64,000 nucleotides of DNA, taken from assembly GCA_001244265.2 (NCBI GenBank), contig LN717261.1, positions 2,433,591 to 2,497,590 of the forward strand. Direction: 5' to 3'. The position numbers and the translations under genes are program-made. Position 1 is the first letter of the stretch, and every line of letters begins with the position of its first letter. Shown in pieces: positions 12,885 through 25,215 of this stretch. Origin of the DNA: Microbotryum violaceum (taxonomy: Eukaryota). The notes beneath the pieces are model-generated. The model made no database searches. It was not told the origin of the DNA and worked only from the letters and a program-made list of their open reading frames with translations.

Positions 12885-13001
12885 CGTAATACCCCAGGCC
12901 CTTCACGACTAGGTTACACAGTCCAAAAGACTGACAATTTCAATAGATCCATATTGAAACCAGAAGGGTAGTTAAATAGCGTAAGGCAACCGAGCCTTAC
13001 T
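12885..13001. mobile_element. Second copy of the 117-bp LTR, inverted
   Basis: Reverse complement of 12578-12694 with mutated terminal bases; no TSD. Confidence 0.8.
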
Positions 13002-13174
13002 AATAGACTTGGGGCTTTGTGGGTCAGGGTAGTTGCGCAGTCGCTCTCTTGTCTTTGTCTCGACCGAGTTGGGAAGTGACGGCGGGGTGGGTCTCTTGTC
13101 GTTAGTCAATTGTTTTTGTACTCTTTCTCTTTCTCTCTCTCATTCGTCTCCTGGGGGGGAGCAACCGCTTGGCT

Positions 13175-13343
13175 CGGGCACTTGAATCCCAAGTATCGGA
13201 TTGGTGGACACCGGCCCGTTTCTCGCATCTTGCGGGCGGTTTGTGTTATCATCGTCGACTTCCATCTAGTTTTTTTCCGTAGGCCAAATAGGGGGAACAT
13301 GAATTGGGGGCAATATGATGAACAGTTTCTACAAAAAAAAAAG
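13175..13343 (+). mobile_element. 3' end of a poly(A) retroelement (copy 1)
   Basis: Near-identical to ~21460-21635; ends in ctacaaaaaaaaaa. Confidence 0.65.
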
Positions 13344-13913
13344 TGAGCCTGGGCGAGGCGTCCGAGTGCGGAGAACCAGTGCCCCCCCCCCCCCCCAAGC
13401 CCGCTAAAGCCGGAGGAGGCTGGTTCAACTGGCGCGACGGTCGCAGTTGCATGTGCGATAACAAGCGTGGACCAATAGTCCGCGACAAGGGAGTTGATGG
13501 ATTGATTGACGACATCCCATACTTTGTTGGCTCGAAGATGGATAAACGCACGTTGTGACCAGCTCTTGTACCCTTGTGTGTCCTTGAGATACAAGCGATT
13601 GCCCGACCCGTTGGGGAAGTCGGATTCGCCCGTTGAGCTTATAACCTGTTGCAACAAGGACTAAGAGGTACTCCACGACTCAGCTCCGAGATAAACGAGT
13701 GAGATGATGAGAATAGCGTCGCTTTGCAGTAACCAACCTAAGAGGTCCTCCACGACTCAGCTCCGAGATACACGAGTGAGATGATGAGAATAGCGTGGAG
13801 AAGGAACCCAGAAGGAAAAAAAGACGCAACAACAAAGATAGGCGCGCGCGCAGAATGAAGTATTAACCAAGACTAATAGCAATGAGTTAGGCTCTCAGAC
13901 CCCACTTCTAATA

Positions 13914-16227
13914 ATACCGAGACTGAATCCACCACATCTTGGATGCTCACGATGCTGAGACCACCTCGCGCCCGTATTGTGAAGACGACCGATTGCTTGT
14001 AGTCACTGCGCCGCGGTCCTCCCTTCACAAAGTCGGCAAGGTTGCGCTCGATCGCCTTGATCACGTCGGATGGCGGTACATCGGCGGAGAGAGAGTGCAG
14101 CACCTTGGAGATGCCGTAACGGTTGCAATAGAAAGCCCGGGTATGATGCGTCATCCATCGGACGCGCACCGATAGAATCACTCGATCGACCCTTCGCTCA
14201 AGATCATGAAATCCCAGCCTGTTGTTGCCGTCAGGCGCAAACTGGAGACCGATCCAGGGAAGAGACTCGTCCGGTGCCACGAACGACAGTTCGGACAAGT
14301 CCGCGCGATCCCACAATATCGCGCCCAATGGCATCACCACGGTTTTGTCGGTGTTTAGACGGCCGTTCGTCGCGAGTCGCCAATCCCGAGCTAACGCCTC
14401 GAGCGAAGCAATAGCTTCCGGTCCAGCGACAGCGACGACGGCGTCATCCGCGAACGCCAAAGTGGTGATGCATCGAGTCTGCGGACGAGGAGCCAGCTCC
14501 GGAAGAGTGATAGTCAGCGCAATGTTGCATCGACTGAGAGAATCAAGGAAGGGTTGGAACACCACATCCCAGACAGAAGAAGAGAGAGGATCGCCCTGGC
14601 CAAGACCGCACAGGAGTCGCACCGTCTTGGTAAGGAAACCGTTGACAATGTACCACGCTGTGTATGTCTCGCCGTTGTAGAGCATCCGCAAGATGCGCTG
14701 GAAAGATTCCGGCGCGCCGAGAGCCTCAAACACCGCAAAGACCCAGTCGTGCTCGACCATGTCGTAAGCCGAGCTCTGATCCAGGGATAGGAGCGCTGCT
14801 GTCGGGAACTCTGCACCACGACCCCTAATCTCGTCGATCAGGAGCCTCAGATGCAAAGCCGCGTCCGCTGGTCTTCGCCCCTTGCGAACCCATGCTGTCC
14901 GGCCGGAAGAACATCGGGGAGGATCCGGTTCAGACGAGCCACGTAGACCTTGGTGAAGATCTTGTAGTCGCATTCCCGCAAGGTGATCGGACGATACGAT
15001 TTGAGGTCGCACCGCGCTGCACCAGGTTTGTTGTGTTTGAACAAGAGGCGCACGTTGGCCTGGCTCTGTTGTGGAGTAAGGGAGCCTCGAGTAATCAGCT
15101 CGTTGTAGGCTCGAGTCAAGAGAGGGGCCCAAAGCAAGGGGCAGGCTCGATACATCTCATAGGGGACCCCTGAAGGACCCGGAGATCGACCTTCGTGCGT
15201 GGTTCGAATCGCTGCGAGCACCTCGGCCTCGCTGATGGGCTCGGCAAGAATGTTGACGAGCGAAATCGAGAAGCACCGAAGGAAGCGAGCGTCGGAAAGC
15301 GGGTCGTCACAAGGTCTTGCTGATCTGATGGGTCCCAAGAGCTCATCCCGCATCGTCACGACCTGTTCCGGATCCTTCGCTTCGACAAGGTAGTGCTGCT
15401 GGAAATGAGAATGGGTGTGCTTGAGCGCGCGCTCAATGTCAGTGGTGAGCTCGCCATCAGCGAGCCGGATACTCTGAAACTTCACGTCCCGGGACCGAGC
15501 AGCCAGTTTGATATGTACCGGACGACTGAGACGTTCCTCGGATGCAATCTCGGGCACGTGCGCCCGGATCCGGGACTGCCTTGCTCGCTTGTTCACAAGT
15601 TTGATGAGAGCGTCGTGGGTGTTCGTCCAGTCGATGATGTCAAAGGGGCTCAGCACCCGACGAGACTCAATGTCCTGCAGTCGAGATACCAGCATCATCT
15701 CGAGGGTGTTGCGCTCCCGAAACAGACGCCGAGACAGCTCGAGAGCTTGGACCCGAGACTACGAGAGTACGCGCTGAAGGTCCGCGACCGGATCCCCAGA
15801 CGGTGCCTGCTCAAGGAGAGGAGTGACGAACTCCATAAACTCGGCGTGTTTAAAGGTCGACGAGTTGATGCGGGTCAGAAAATGAGCCGCCCGGGGAAGG
15901 CAGAGCTCCTCTTCGACCTCGGCACCACTTGGGCGCAGCCTAAATGTGACCGTAACCGGTCGATGATCCGACATGGATTGAGAGATATTGTACAGAGTGG
16001 AAGCAGAAACGATTCGTCGCTCGTGTCGCCGCTGCACCAGAACAAGGTCGATGCGCGCGCGCGAAATGAGCTGGCCGTCCTTGCTGAGATGCGGGCGCGT
16101 GGTCGCCGGCGACAGTGGGTGCATGAGCCGAATGGCATCCGTGTACACCCCGTCGAGCCGAGACATAAGCACAGGCCAGTGGTGGGTGCTCGGGCGGTCC
16201 ACCTGTTGCGCTCGATCTACCGCGGGA
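13914..16227 (-). mobile_element. LINE family A: partial APE endonuclease + RT, frameshifted
   Basis: RIDLVLV/SDHRPV (EN), SPGPSGVP, YRPITL, GLGQGDPLS, LAFADD. Confidence 0.9.
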
Positions 16228-18292
16228 TTTTTTTTATTTTTTTAACTGGGGCTCATAAATTGCTATCCTTCGGGTTGGCTGGGACTGCTACAAAAAGAGC
16301 TAAAAGAGGTTATAAAGCAACGACGGCAAGCAGTTGGGTGAAAGTCAAACCCCTGCGCGCAAAGAGCGCTGCGCAGATCAAAGCCCGCCGAGCACCTAAC
16401 GCGGACTCCAACGGGCGGTGAGTACTGCTGCCGCTTCACGTCCCAAGAGCGGGAGCGAAGATACTCGAAAACCAGGCAAGAGCGCCTAGAGAAAGAAGGG
16501 GGAGAGTATACAGAAAGTCACAACTGGGGATACGGAGAACCAGGAATACTAAGACAGAGAGGAGGGGAACACACCCGAGGGGCCAAGGGAGGGGGTCAAA
16601 GCCGGAGGTAGAGGTCCCCAGGGACTAACAGGCCGCAGCCAGGCCCCAGCTACTCATCACCCCGACAGCGCCTGATGTCCTTCCTTGGCTGAATCTCGAG
16701 TGCTGGCTGTTGAGCCGTCGGGGCCGAGCGAAAAGCGATCCAGTACAACGAAACGAGCCTCGCCTTGACGTGAGGATATTGACCAGAAACGAGCGACCTT
16801 CCTTCCCGAGCCATGTCGTAGATCTTGACCAACGCGAACGAACGAACCATTCGACGGAATCCAACACACGGCTTAGGAGTAAAAGGAAAAGTGGCTGAAG
16901 CGTAGTCAACAACCGAGCAACAGGAACGAGAAGAGGAAGGGAAGGGAAAAAGGGGGGGAAAGGAGAGGGAAAAACTTCACAAAGACTCCAACGCAAAGAC
17001 AATTGACCTGGCTTGCCGATCCATCCAAGAACAAAAACCCCTACTGCGCAAAGTAGAGAGAGAGAGGGAGAGGTGCGCAGCCTTCCACTGCGCAACAAGT
17101 TTCAAGACAGTCCGCTTCTAAAAGAGGAGTGACCTCCGAAAAAGAAGGGAGGAAAGGAGGGGAGGAAAATGGGAATGAAGGACTTAACTCGGTCATCACA
17201 CCTCCCAATCTCGAGCCCCAGGCACAAAACCCGCTCGAGAGAGAAATTCTCGCTCGAACGCTCTGAGTGCACTGGGGAGCGAGGGAGGGGCCACGACCTT
17301 GTCCAGCTCGAACCGCTGATGAACGCGCCAGCGGAGCAGGTGCAGCCGCGGGAAGCCGATCGCGCAAGCCAGCCGAGCCCACATCAATTTCAAGGTCGTT
17401 CTCCCACGACCCCGCAAAAGGGGGAGCCCGATAGTCAGCTGCTCCGGAGTGAACGTCGACGAATTGACGTCGGTATCCTCGATGCCGAGCTTGTCGAACA
17501 GAATGCGAAGCACCCCGCCCCAGAAGCTGATCGAGTACGCGCACTCGAAAAAGTAGTGCGACACCGTCTCGATGACCGCTGCATCGTTGCCGCAGAACAG
17601 ACACGTCGGCGAAGAGGCATGACCCTGAGTATGCTGCCTCTTGCGCGTCGGCGTCACGTCGTACATGAGCCGCCAGTGGGTGTCCTGCTCCACAGCAGAC
17701 GCGAACCGGTCATGAAGCCATCTCCAGAAGCGCTTCCTATCGCTCTGAGAAGTCCCATCACGGAAATGCTTGACACGATCCTCCCTCCCTGGGAACCGAA
17801 CCACGTTCACAAGCCGACGAAGCTTGCGAATAGTGAACGGTCGGGCGAGCCCAAAGGAGTTGAAGCACCGAGGACGGGGAGCCTCCGTGAGAGGTATCCG
17901 AGCAGGTTGCAACGCGGTCTTGGGCAGCAAGGCTTTCGCCTTGAGCAACTGACCCACGCGCGACCACAGGTGCTCGTGTTGTAGGGCGGGTTCCTTAGAG
18001 TGCTGCCAGAACCCGCGTCGATGACCAACCAGAGCCCAGCCCTTCCCTTCGTCCCTCCAGTACAGGTCCGCAATCTGCGCAAACTTCGCCACTGCGTCCG
18101 CATCGTCATATGCGTGCTTGGCACCTTCAGCATAGAGTGAAGGGAGGCGAGGCGGAAGCGAGAGCAATTCGGGGAGCGTAAGGAGTTCGGACTTGATGGT
18201 TGGAATTGTGACCCTGGCCGCTGCAACGACTGGCCCCCAGCGCGTCGAGTCACGATACAGCTTCTCGAGCCGAGCCGTGCTGCTGAAGAACC
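16228..18292 (-). mobile_element. LINE 3' part (zf-RVT-like CCHC, long 3' UTR, A-rich tail)
   Basis: ORF 17196-18167 with CLFC...ETVSHYFFEC; T-run 16228-16243 on the + strand corresponds to the A-rich tail. Confidence 0.8.
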
Positions 18293-18482
18293 TGTTAGAA
18301 GTGGGGTCTGAGAGCCTAACTCATTGCTATTAGTCTTGGTTAATACTTTATTCTGCGCGCGCGCCTATCTTTGTTGTTGCGTCTTTTTTTCCTTCTGGGT
18401 TCCTTCTCCACGCTATTCTCATCATCTCACTCGTGTATCTCGGAGCTAAGTCGTGGAGTACCTCTTAGTCCTTGTTGCAACA
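18293..18482 (+). mobile_element. Solo LTR of copia family 1, opposite orientation
   Basis: Reverse complement of 8452-8639, TG..CA; flanks gaacc/gatcg do not form a TSD. Confidence 0.9.
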
Positions 18483-19490
18483 GATCGAGGTTTGGCCACA
18501 GCTTTGAGAGCAAGAGCTCGTCCGAGGGTTCCCACAAAGGGGCGTCGCCAGTCGGAATGACATAGGTGGGCTTGTCTTGGTTGAGGTAACGGAGAGCATT
18601 CTCAAAGAACTGCCACAAGTAAATTGGTTCGTCGGTAGGGGGTGGCGGCACATGGACGTGTTCGAATACTGGTTCATCAGAGTCGTTATGCAGTGCGTTG
18701 TTGCGTAGCCTTCAAAGAGCGATGATGTTGGTTCCACTGTCTCTGCGGTCACCACATTCGCCAAAACTACGTCCGGCACAAGGCCATCTCCATCCGCGAT
18801 TTGTCGATCCGATACTTGGGTAGCAACCCAGACGGAAGCCAAAGTCAAAGTGGAAGCTGAAACCGCCATAGAAGCTGGAGAGGTCGGGTTGAGCGCACCC
18901 GGGCCGGAACTGCGTCGAACGAGCTGTGCAATCGCCATTAAAGGAGACGGCAGAGTGCGCTGAATTCTTGCTTTCGTTGATCAACCATCTGAGCATCTTT
19001 TGGATCCAACTCTGCTTCACAATCATGGGTCGACACTTGTCCAGCTCCGCAAGGTTGGGGCTCCCTCCGCAGAATGCACCCACTATCAGCGAGTTTCTTG
19101 ACTGACATGGGCAGTACATCGGTGAACGAAGCGGTGTTTTGGCTGAAGATGAGGTGTTTCCGCGCGTAAGTTCTTGTTGAGCTTTCGGGATATCCGAAAC
19201 GAGTTAGTTTGTACATGATCTTGTAGGCTCTGGCAGTGACGAGGTGCTCAAGCTGACTCGCATTGGAGAAGCAATCTCAGACATCAGCGGAGATGTGATC
19301 CAGTGCGGGATAAAATCCGTTGCTCAACGACCGAGGGGCTTAGTCGGTGGCCCTGTGGTAGGGAACAACCGTTTGAAGCAGTCTGGACAGGGTGAGCACT
19401 GAAGCGTGTTGTTCGTGGGCAAGAGTACGCGATCTGATTGATTACATCGCTCGGTCGATGGAGACGTCGCACTGAGGGCCGTAGAGAGCG
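18483..19490 (-). mobile_element. Degenerate fungal Helitron-like N-terminal region (DUF6570-like)
   Basis: Fragments HLIFSQNTASFTDVLP..FCGGSP..RPMIVKQSWIQKMLRWL resemble the region preceding Rep in fungal Helitrons; 22680-23500 (CCLVCSE) may be its upstream part. Confidence 0.5.
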
Positions 19491-19504
19491 GGGAATTCCA
19501 CCCT

Positions 19505-19845
19505 CGGAGGGGAATACCCGCGGTCTCATCTGGTATTTACAAAAGCGCGCTTGGGTAATACCCGACAGCCTGGTATTTCCAGGGCGCTTGGTTTTACCAC
19601 GCGCCTGGGTATTTCCGGGGCGCAGGGTGTTATTTCCACGTGCGCGCTGCTTTTACCCAAGCGCATGGTAATTCCAGCCGTCACTTGGAAATACCAGGCC
19701 GTCGGGTATTACCCAGACGCCTGGGTATATTTCCAGGTCGCGAGGTGATATCGCCCAGGCCAAAGGACATTCTGCCCAGGCGCGTGGTAATACCAGCCGG
19801 CACCGTTATTGCCCTCGCCCGGTGGTTTTCCCAGCCAGGTATGTT
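19505..19845. repeat. GGTAATACC/GGTATTTCC motif array (putative DNA-transposon subterminal region)
   Basis: More than ten degenerate copies in both orientations; same motif at 22485-22625, 47500-47930 and 54520-54660. Confidence 0.75.
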
Positions 19846-21459
19846 ATTGTCCACTTATATATTGGATCTAGATCCTAGTCATACACTACTCTCAGCTGGG
19901 GAATGGATTACAAGTTCAAGAAATTGGGCCGAGCTTTGTCCTCCAATCGGTCAAAAATATACTCGCGAGGGTCCTCTCGAGTCTCGACCCACCCTCATAG
20001 ATGCGACCAGCTGAGCCTAAGATGCAGCACAGATCTATAATCTCGATCGCTCCCAGAGTTCCTTGACCTCGAGTGAAAAACAAGTTTTGGTGCCTCTGCG
20101 CACTGACAACAAAAGCAGCCTTTCTTTTTTGCCGCCTTTGCGCTGGCTTGGCCACCGGAGTCCGCTCGATAGCGTTGACGGCTTCCAATCGACTTAGATT
20201 AAGAGACCTGATCTTCCCTACCAGGAAAGTTTGTGGAGTGAGAGTCACAAATTAGTATTTGTACGTGAGTTGTTGCCGACGTCGTCGTCGTCGAATGGGA
20301 GCGAGCTACTAGAGCTGGAGCGGTCCTCGTATTCCAGGTCAGGAGACACCATTCCCCAATCAAATGCCGCGTCAAACTGTTGTGTCTCGCGAAAATTTTC
20401 TTCGTCCAATCCTAGCGCTTGGTCCTCACTTCCCATTGATCCCCCGACCGAAGTAGCCCGAGTCCGGCAGGCCATCCGGGACATTAGGGCTACAGTAATG
20501 CGCAATACGAGCAGCGATTAGGCAGATTTGATTATGTGCGCTGAAGAATGGCGCCATGCGTCCGCGCGCTTCTTTCCTTCTTTCGCCTTCGATCCACTTG
20601 TGCCCACGTCGAAGCTCAACCCTCCCTGCCTACGTCTTCCTACCATGACACGAACATTGTCGACCACGGCAAGACGTACAACAAGGATGGACAAGTCGAA
20701 CGAACCACCGCATGAATGACGTCCACGTGTGTACAGAGATCTGGAATCTTCGCGGTCTGCGTCTGCACCGCCACAGTTGAGGGAATTTGCTGACGTGTTC
20801 TTTTTCAACCCCGCCGCCGTCCTTCACCATCGGCCCACTGCGGCTACCTGTCTTCTTGTTTCTTCCAGCCAGAAAATACGTTGAAAAGACAAGGGTTCTA
20901 TGAGCCTGCGCGAGTATACTATAATTGGGTTCGCGTGAGTACCGGCGGCTCAACGATCGGGGCGCGACGCCATCTCGTCGATCTGACTCCTCAGTGCTCA
21001 CCATCTGTGTGATGTCCTTCGACCAGTCGGTTGTACGGGATGCACTAGTAAAGTCAGGAATCACCACACCTGACCCCATCAACCTTGATGGTCGGCATGT
21101 GGACTCCAGACTACCACACGCCTAAGGAGTTCAACCTCAAGGACGCGTTCAGACTCATTCAAGCCAAAACGCAAAGCAACACTACTTACTGTGTGGGGAC
21201 GTCTTGGACCTGCAAAACAACAAGATATCATCAAATATGTGAGTTGCGCGGAACCTGCCAGTCTTGTACGGAACGTGCGCTTGCTCGGGCACTCACTTGT
21301 CATCCTCTTTCAGAGTCGTGAGCGCACGGCTTTCTGAGGGTGTCAGGAGTGGGTCCAAGCTTTACCACTAACCTAAGCTGACCTCAAAAGGTACAATATC
21401 CACTCTGAAAGGAGTGGACAGCTTGGTACTATGTATGGCCAACCCCCAGTGAAGCGAGC

Positions 21460-21635
21460 TTGCACTTGGAATGTATCCCAAGTATCGGATGGGTGGACAC
21501 CGGCCCGTTTCTCACATCTTGCGGGCGGTTTGTGTTATCATCGTCGACTTCCATCTAGTTTTTCCGTAGGCCAATCAGGGGGAACAGGAATTGGGGGCAA
21601 TATGATGAACAAGTTCTACAAAAAAAAATAAAAAA
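21460..21635 (+). mobile_element. 3' end of a poly(A) retroelement (copy 2)
   Basis: Matches 13175-13343; tail aaaaaaaaataaaaaa. Confidence 0.65.
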
Positions 21636-21795
21636 TGAATTGCAGGATTACTGGTTCATGACAGGGTCACATCGGGCGACTGGCTCTATGAAGAACTATG
21701 CGTTGGCGAATATCCTGAGCCGCGTATAGACTGCAGTACGACCGTGAGACCTGTCGGTTGGCGGGAATCATGGGACGGCTTTCCAGGGCGGACAT

Positions 21796-22113
21796 CACAA
21801 GATTGCGCAACGAGCTAGGCGTAGGATCTGCTCTGAAGGTTAGTCGCTACTCTCGATTGAACAAGAGGCCCGGGTCAGTCAAAATCGACGAAGGAAGCAA
21901 ACGCTTAACAATCTTCTCGCATTAGCCAGAAGACCATCACCAGGCGGGTCCGCCACAAGATTGCGCAACGAGCTAGGCATAGGATCGCTCTGAAGGTTAG
22001 TCACTACTCTCGATTGAACAAGAGGCCCGGGTCAGTACAAATTGACGGAGAAGGCGAACGCTAAACAATCTTCTCGCATTACCCAGAAGACCATCACCAG
22101 GCGGGTCCGCCAC
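21796..22113. repeat. ~158-bp tandem duplication, possibly within a hAT-like transposase C-terminal remnant
   Basis: cacaagattgcgcaacgagctaggc...ccaggcgggtccgc twice; translation DITRLRNELG weakly resembles the hAT dimerisation region. Confidence 0.7.
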
Positions 22114-22484
22114 AGAGAAGAAAGCGAGGAAGAGCAGTCTCGGGTAGAGGAGGAAGAATAATTAGAGCCCACTGAAGGGTATAAGAAATGGGCAAGAGAA
22201 GCGGCAGCCGGAGCTTCGGGCGGTTTAAATCTTGATCAATCTGACAATCCAGACAAATGGGAGGAGCCTGTGACGGAGGTGGACACTCAGTTTGCTGCTT
22301 TGTAGTGTACCTTTATCATCCTATATCATAATACAGTAGAAAACCCTGCATTGAAAAATTACTACAATTTGGATATGAGCATTAGTAAATTCGAATATGA
22401 GCACTAGTACTTCAAAGGTGACACCCATTAGAAAAAACCTAATGCTAATTGCGCTCGGTCATGCTCCGCACAAGAGCCCCTATT

Positions 22485-22625
22485 GAGACTTTTCGGGTGG
22501 AAATACCAGCTGAGAAGGTTAATACCCAACCGACAGAAATACCAGGGGCTTGGGTAATACCACCTCACGAGGGTATTACCCAAGCCCCTGGTATTTCCAG
22601 CCGCGCGCCTGGAATTACCAGGCCA
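22485..22625. repeat. GGTATTACC motif array
   Basis: gaaataccag, ggtaatacc, gggtattaccc, ggtatttcc, ggaattacc copies. Confidence 0.7.
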
Positions 22626-24099
22626 AAAAGGCCCTCAAGTGCGATTGGGGTCAAGCTGAAAAATCGTAAGTCAAAGGTCCGTCAGTAGTGTAGAGTTGGT
22701 TAATCTCCAAATTCCTGATTCCTCACGCTTGATGTCATCTTCAGGCACCAATCGTACATTATGCCCAAAGACTCTCTCGGAACACACCAGGCAGCAGAAG
22801 AGACGGGAACGAGCGTCGGTGAAGTAATCATTCCATTCAGAACGGTTCTCGGTCTTGAACTGATCGGATGCTGGCGCAAAATGCGATGGCACTTTACCGG
22901 GAGGTTCTTGTGCGGGTTTGGGATGCAGTGGTGGACGTTTGTGCAGCGTTGGTTTAGAGTCAGTCGCTGGGACGTTCTTGCGATTTGTCTGGAGTTCCTC
23001 GTTCAGTTAGGCTCGAAGCACGTCAACAGGTTTTGATGTGTATGCTCTATGATCGGAGAAGCAATGACAATGTGGCCGAGTCATGGGACTCGCCGCTTGT
23101 TGCCTTCTGAAAACATGCCCATTTGAACAAGCATTACAGTGGGGATCGCACGACCAAAGGAGCGCTTGCAGGGATAGCTCTTTCGCAAGCGGATTCCTCC
23201 TGGAGTATCCTTCCACGTGGTGCGCCCGGCAAAAAAGCTCCTTCAGGAGATCCAGGCTGAAGTTGATACTGCTGCACACGAGCTGCCCAAGACTGCATTT
23301 GACAACCACATCGTCGAGCACTGACATTGGACTGTTGCGTAAGAGCGGACCGGAGTAGATATACTGCGCTTGATCGGTGCAGCGGGAGGATCGGCTGTTG
23401 CTAGTGGTGGACGCGAGGCTTAACACGTTGCCGAAATTCGAGCGTTGTGCACTGCAATGGGCTGACCTCGATGGTGCGGAGGCGTGCAAGATCAGAAAGC
23501 AGTGACATGACGGCAGTTGTGTGATAGCTTGTCTTAGAGATGAAAGGAAACTCGGTCCAAGTTAGAACAAGGCAGTACTACATAATGATCGGCGCGCTTA
23601 GCCGGGGTCCTCCTATCCGGCGGAGCATAATTCAAAGTTTAAAGCCATAAATAAATTCCAGCTAGTCTTATTCAAAGACAGAATCTAACAAACGCTAGAT
23701 CCGCTGGACCACCATAATATGACATATGTCATACACCCATATTGTATACGGGCCATTGCCTCGCTGGGATTAGGACTGATGCCCTCATTTCTCAGGGTTT
23801 GCACCAGTTCAAACCGATCGGCGCTGAAATCGGGCTCCCCTATTGCGCTCTTAGGCAGGGTTCTCCTATCCGGGGTAGCATTGTTCGCACCAATCGGCGC
23901 TGGAAATCGGGCTCTCCTATGGGACTTCAACAGCCATGCGCGTGCGGGGTATTTCGGCCATTTCGTCCAATAAAATCTCAGAATAGCATCATTTTCGAGG
24001 CTGGGACCCCCCCCTCATTTTTCGAAACGAAACCTTCAGCTCTAACGAGCTTCAGGGATCATTTTTCGGATTTATTTTTTATTTTTGGATGGAAAAATC

Positions 24100-24630
24100 C
24101 TAAAAAGCGCGTAGATTGAGTAGGTTGCGCGCGCATGAGCGCGCTGTAGCGCGTGTAATGCCCCGTCCGTGCGCGGATACGGCGGGGCGAGCGAGTCTAA
24201 CAGTGAGTGAAAAGCGCGCGGACCGCCAATAGGGGCCAGAAACAGGTGTTTTTCCTGGAAAGCGCGCAACTCCGCAGGTTCCAGAGCGCGTTAGAGACTA
24301 AAAGTGCGTCCAAGAGTGAATGACGCGCGTATGAAGGCCCTTTGGCGCGCAATTGCACGATTTTCGGCGCGCGTACAAACAAATTGTAACGCGCAAGTAG
24401 CCCCGGGCGCGCAAATCCATTTGTTGCCCAAACGGCGGCCCATAGATAAGGGACTCTTACGGCGCACTTACGGCGCGCTTGCGGCGCGCTTAAGACTCCT
24501 CGCGCGCTTTGTTTGCATACGCAAAGCGGTCCGTAAGCCCTCTTATGCGCGTATGCGTCCTTATGCACATCTTATGCACCGTTAAGCGCGCGTAATCTCG
24601 GGCGAATCCTTAAGCGGGTTCGCGCGCGTG
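24100..24630. repeat. GCGCGC-rich motif array (putative transposon terminus)
   Basis: Dense gcgcg/gcgcgc copies with no credible ORF. Confidence 0.55.
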
Positions 24631-24639
24631 GCCATTTTG

Positions 24640-25110
24640 CTGATGGACCTGCTGCCGGGTGACGCTGAAACGTTCTACAGCGCGGATTCAGTCGAAAACG
24701 AAGACGAATCACTGTTCTCGATCGAGTATCTTCAGAGTCTCAACATCACCGGGATGGCGTTGCTCCACACTCGACGCGGGTCTCGACAACGGTCTGAGCC
24801 CATCATCGGGCCCCCAGAGAACAAAAAAGTAGTTCAGTGATGAAATGAGAGGCGCTGATGCAGCCCCGTCGATGTTTCCAGCTGGTCGAAAGGATATTCC
24901 AAGAGATCGGGCTCCCGGAGAACAAAAAAAGTAGTCCAATGATGGAATGAAGGCTCTGTACATTTGATTGTCATCGCGCGGCCCTCTCACAACCTGATTC
25001 ACTAGCTTTCCGTTACTGAACAGTACCGCAGCTGTTGCAGCGAAGTACATCACATTGCAGGTCAACGGTTACGGTGTGAGGTGACGCGTTCCGCGCGCCG
25101 CCGAACCTAG
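24640..25110 (+). mobile_element. Helitron Pif1 fragment + 3' end
   Basis: DLLPGDAETFYSADSV..SIEYLQSLNITG; hairpin and CTAG|T at 25107-25110. Confidence 0.85.
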
Positions 25111-25215
25111 TACACACAAGCTAAAAGGTTCCTAGCTATGTGATTGATCCAATTTCCTTCCTTTTCCACAAGCACAATTTTTCGAACACAAATCGACTAG
25201 AACTTGCTCGTGCTC

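Larger units (their letters stand above)
8659..13642 (-). pseudogene. copia gag-pol polyprotein, frameshifted
   Basis: ORF pieces 13106-13657, 11890-12567, 11039-11893, 9955-11103, 9355-9915, 9127-9330 and 8659-9072 lie in copia domain order. Confidence 0.88.
8452..13913 (-). mobile_element. Degenerate Ty1/copia LTR retrotransposon (family 1) with nested insertions
   Basis: LTRs 8452-8639 (TG..CA) and 13647-13913 (ends TA, internal duplication). Broken gag, PR (IIDSGA), INT (HRKLGH..CFSC, RSDNGREF), RT (LYVDD), RNase H. Start codon reads ATA. No matching TSD. Confidence 0.92.

Noticed and set aside
12578-13001. Single TIR (Pack-type) transposon capturing gag
   Set aside because: The left copy has its own 5-bp TSD and the enclosed gag is collinear with its flanks.
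15393-16421. 342-aa plus-strand ORF
   Set aside because: Antisense shadow of LINE coding sequence that crosses an insertion junction.
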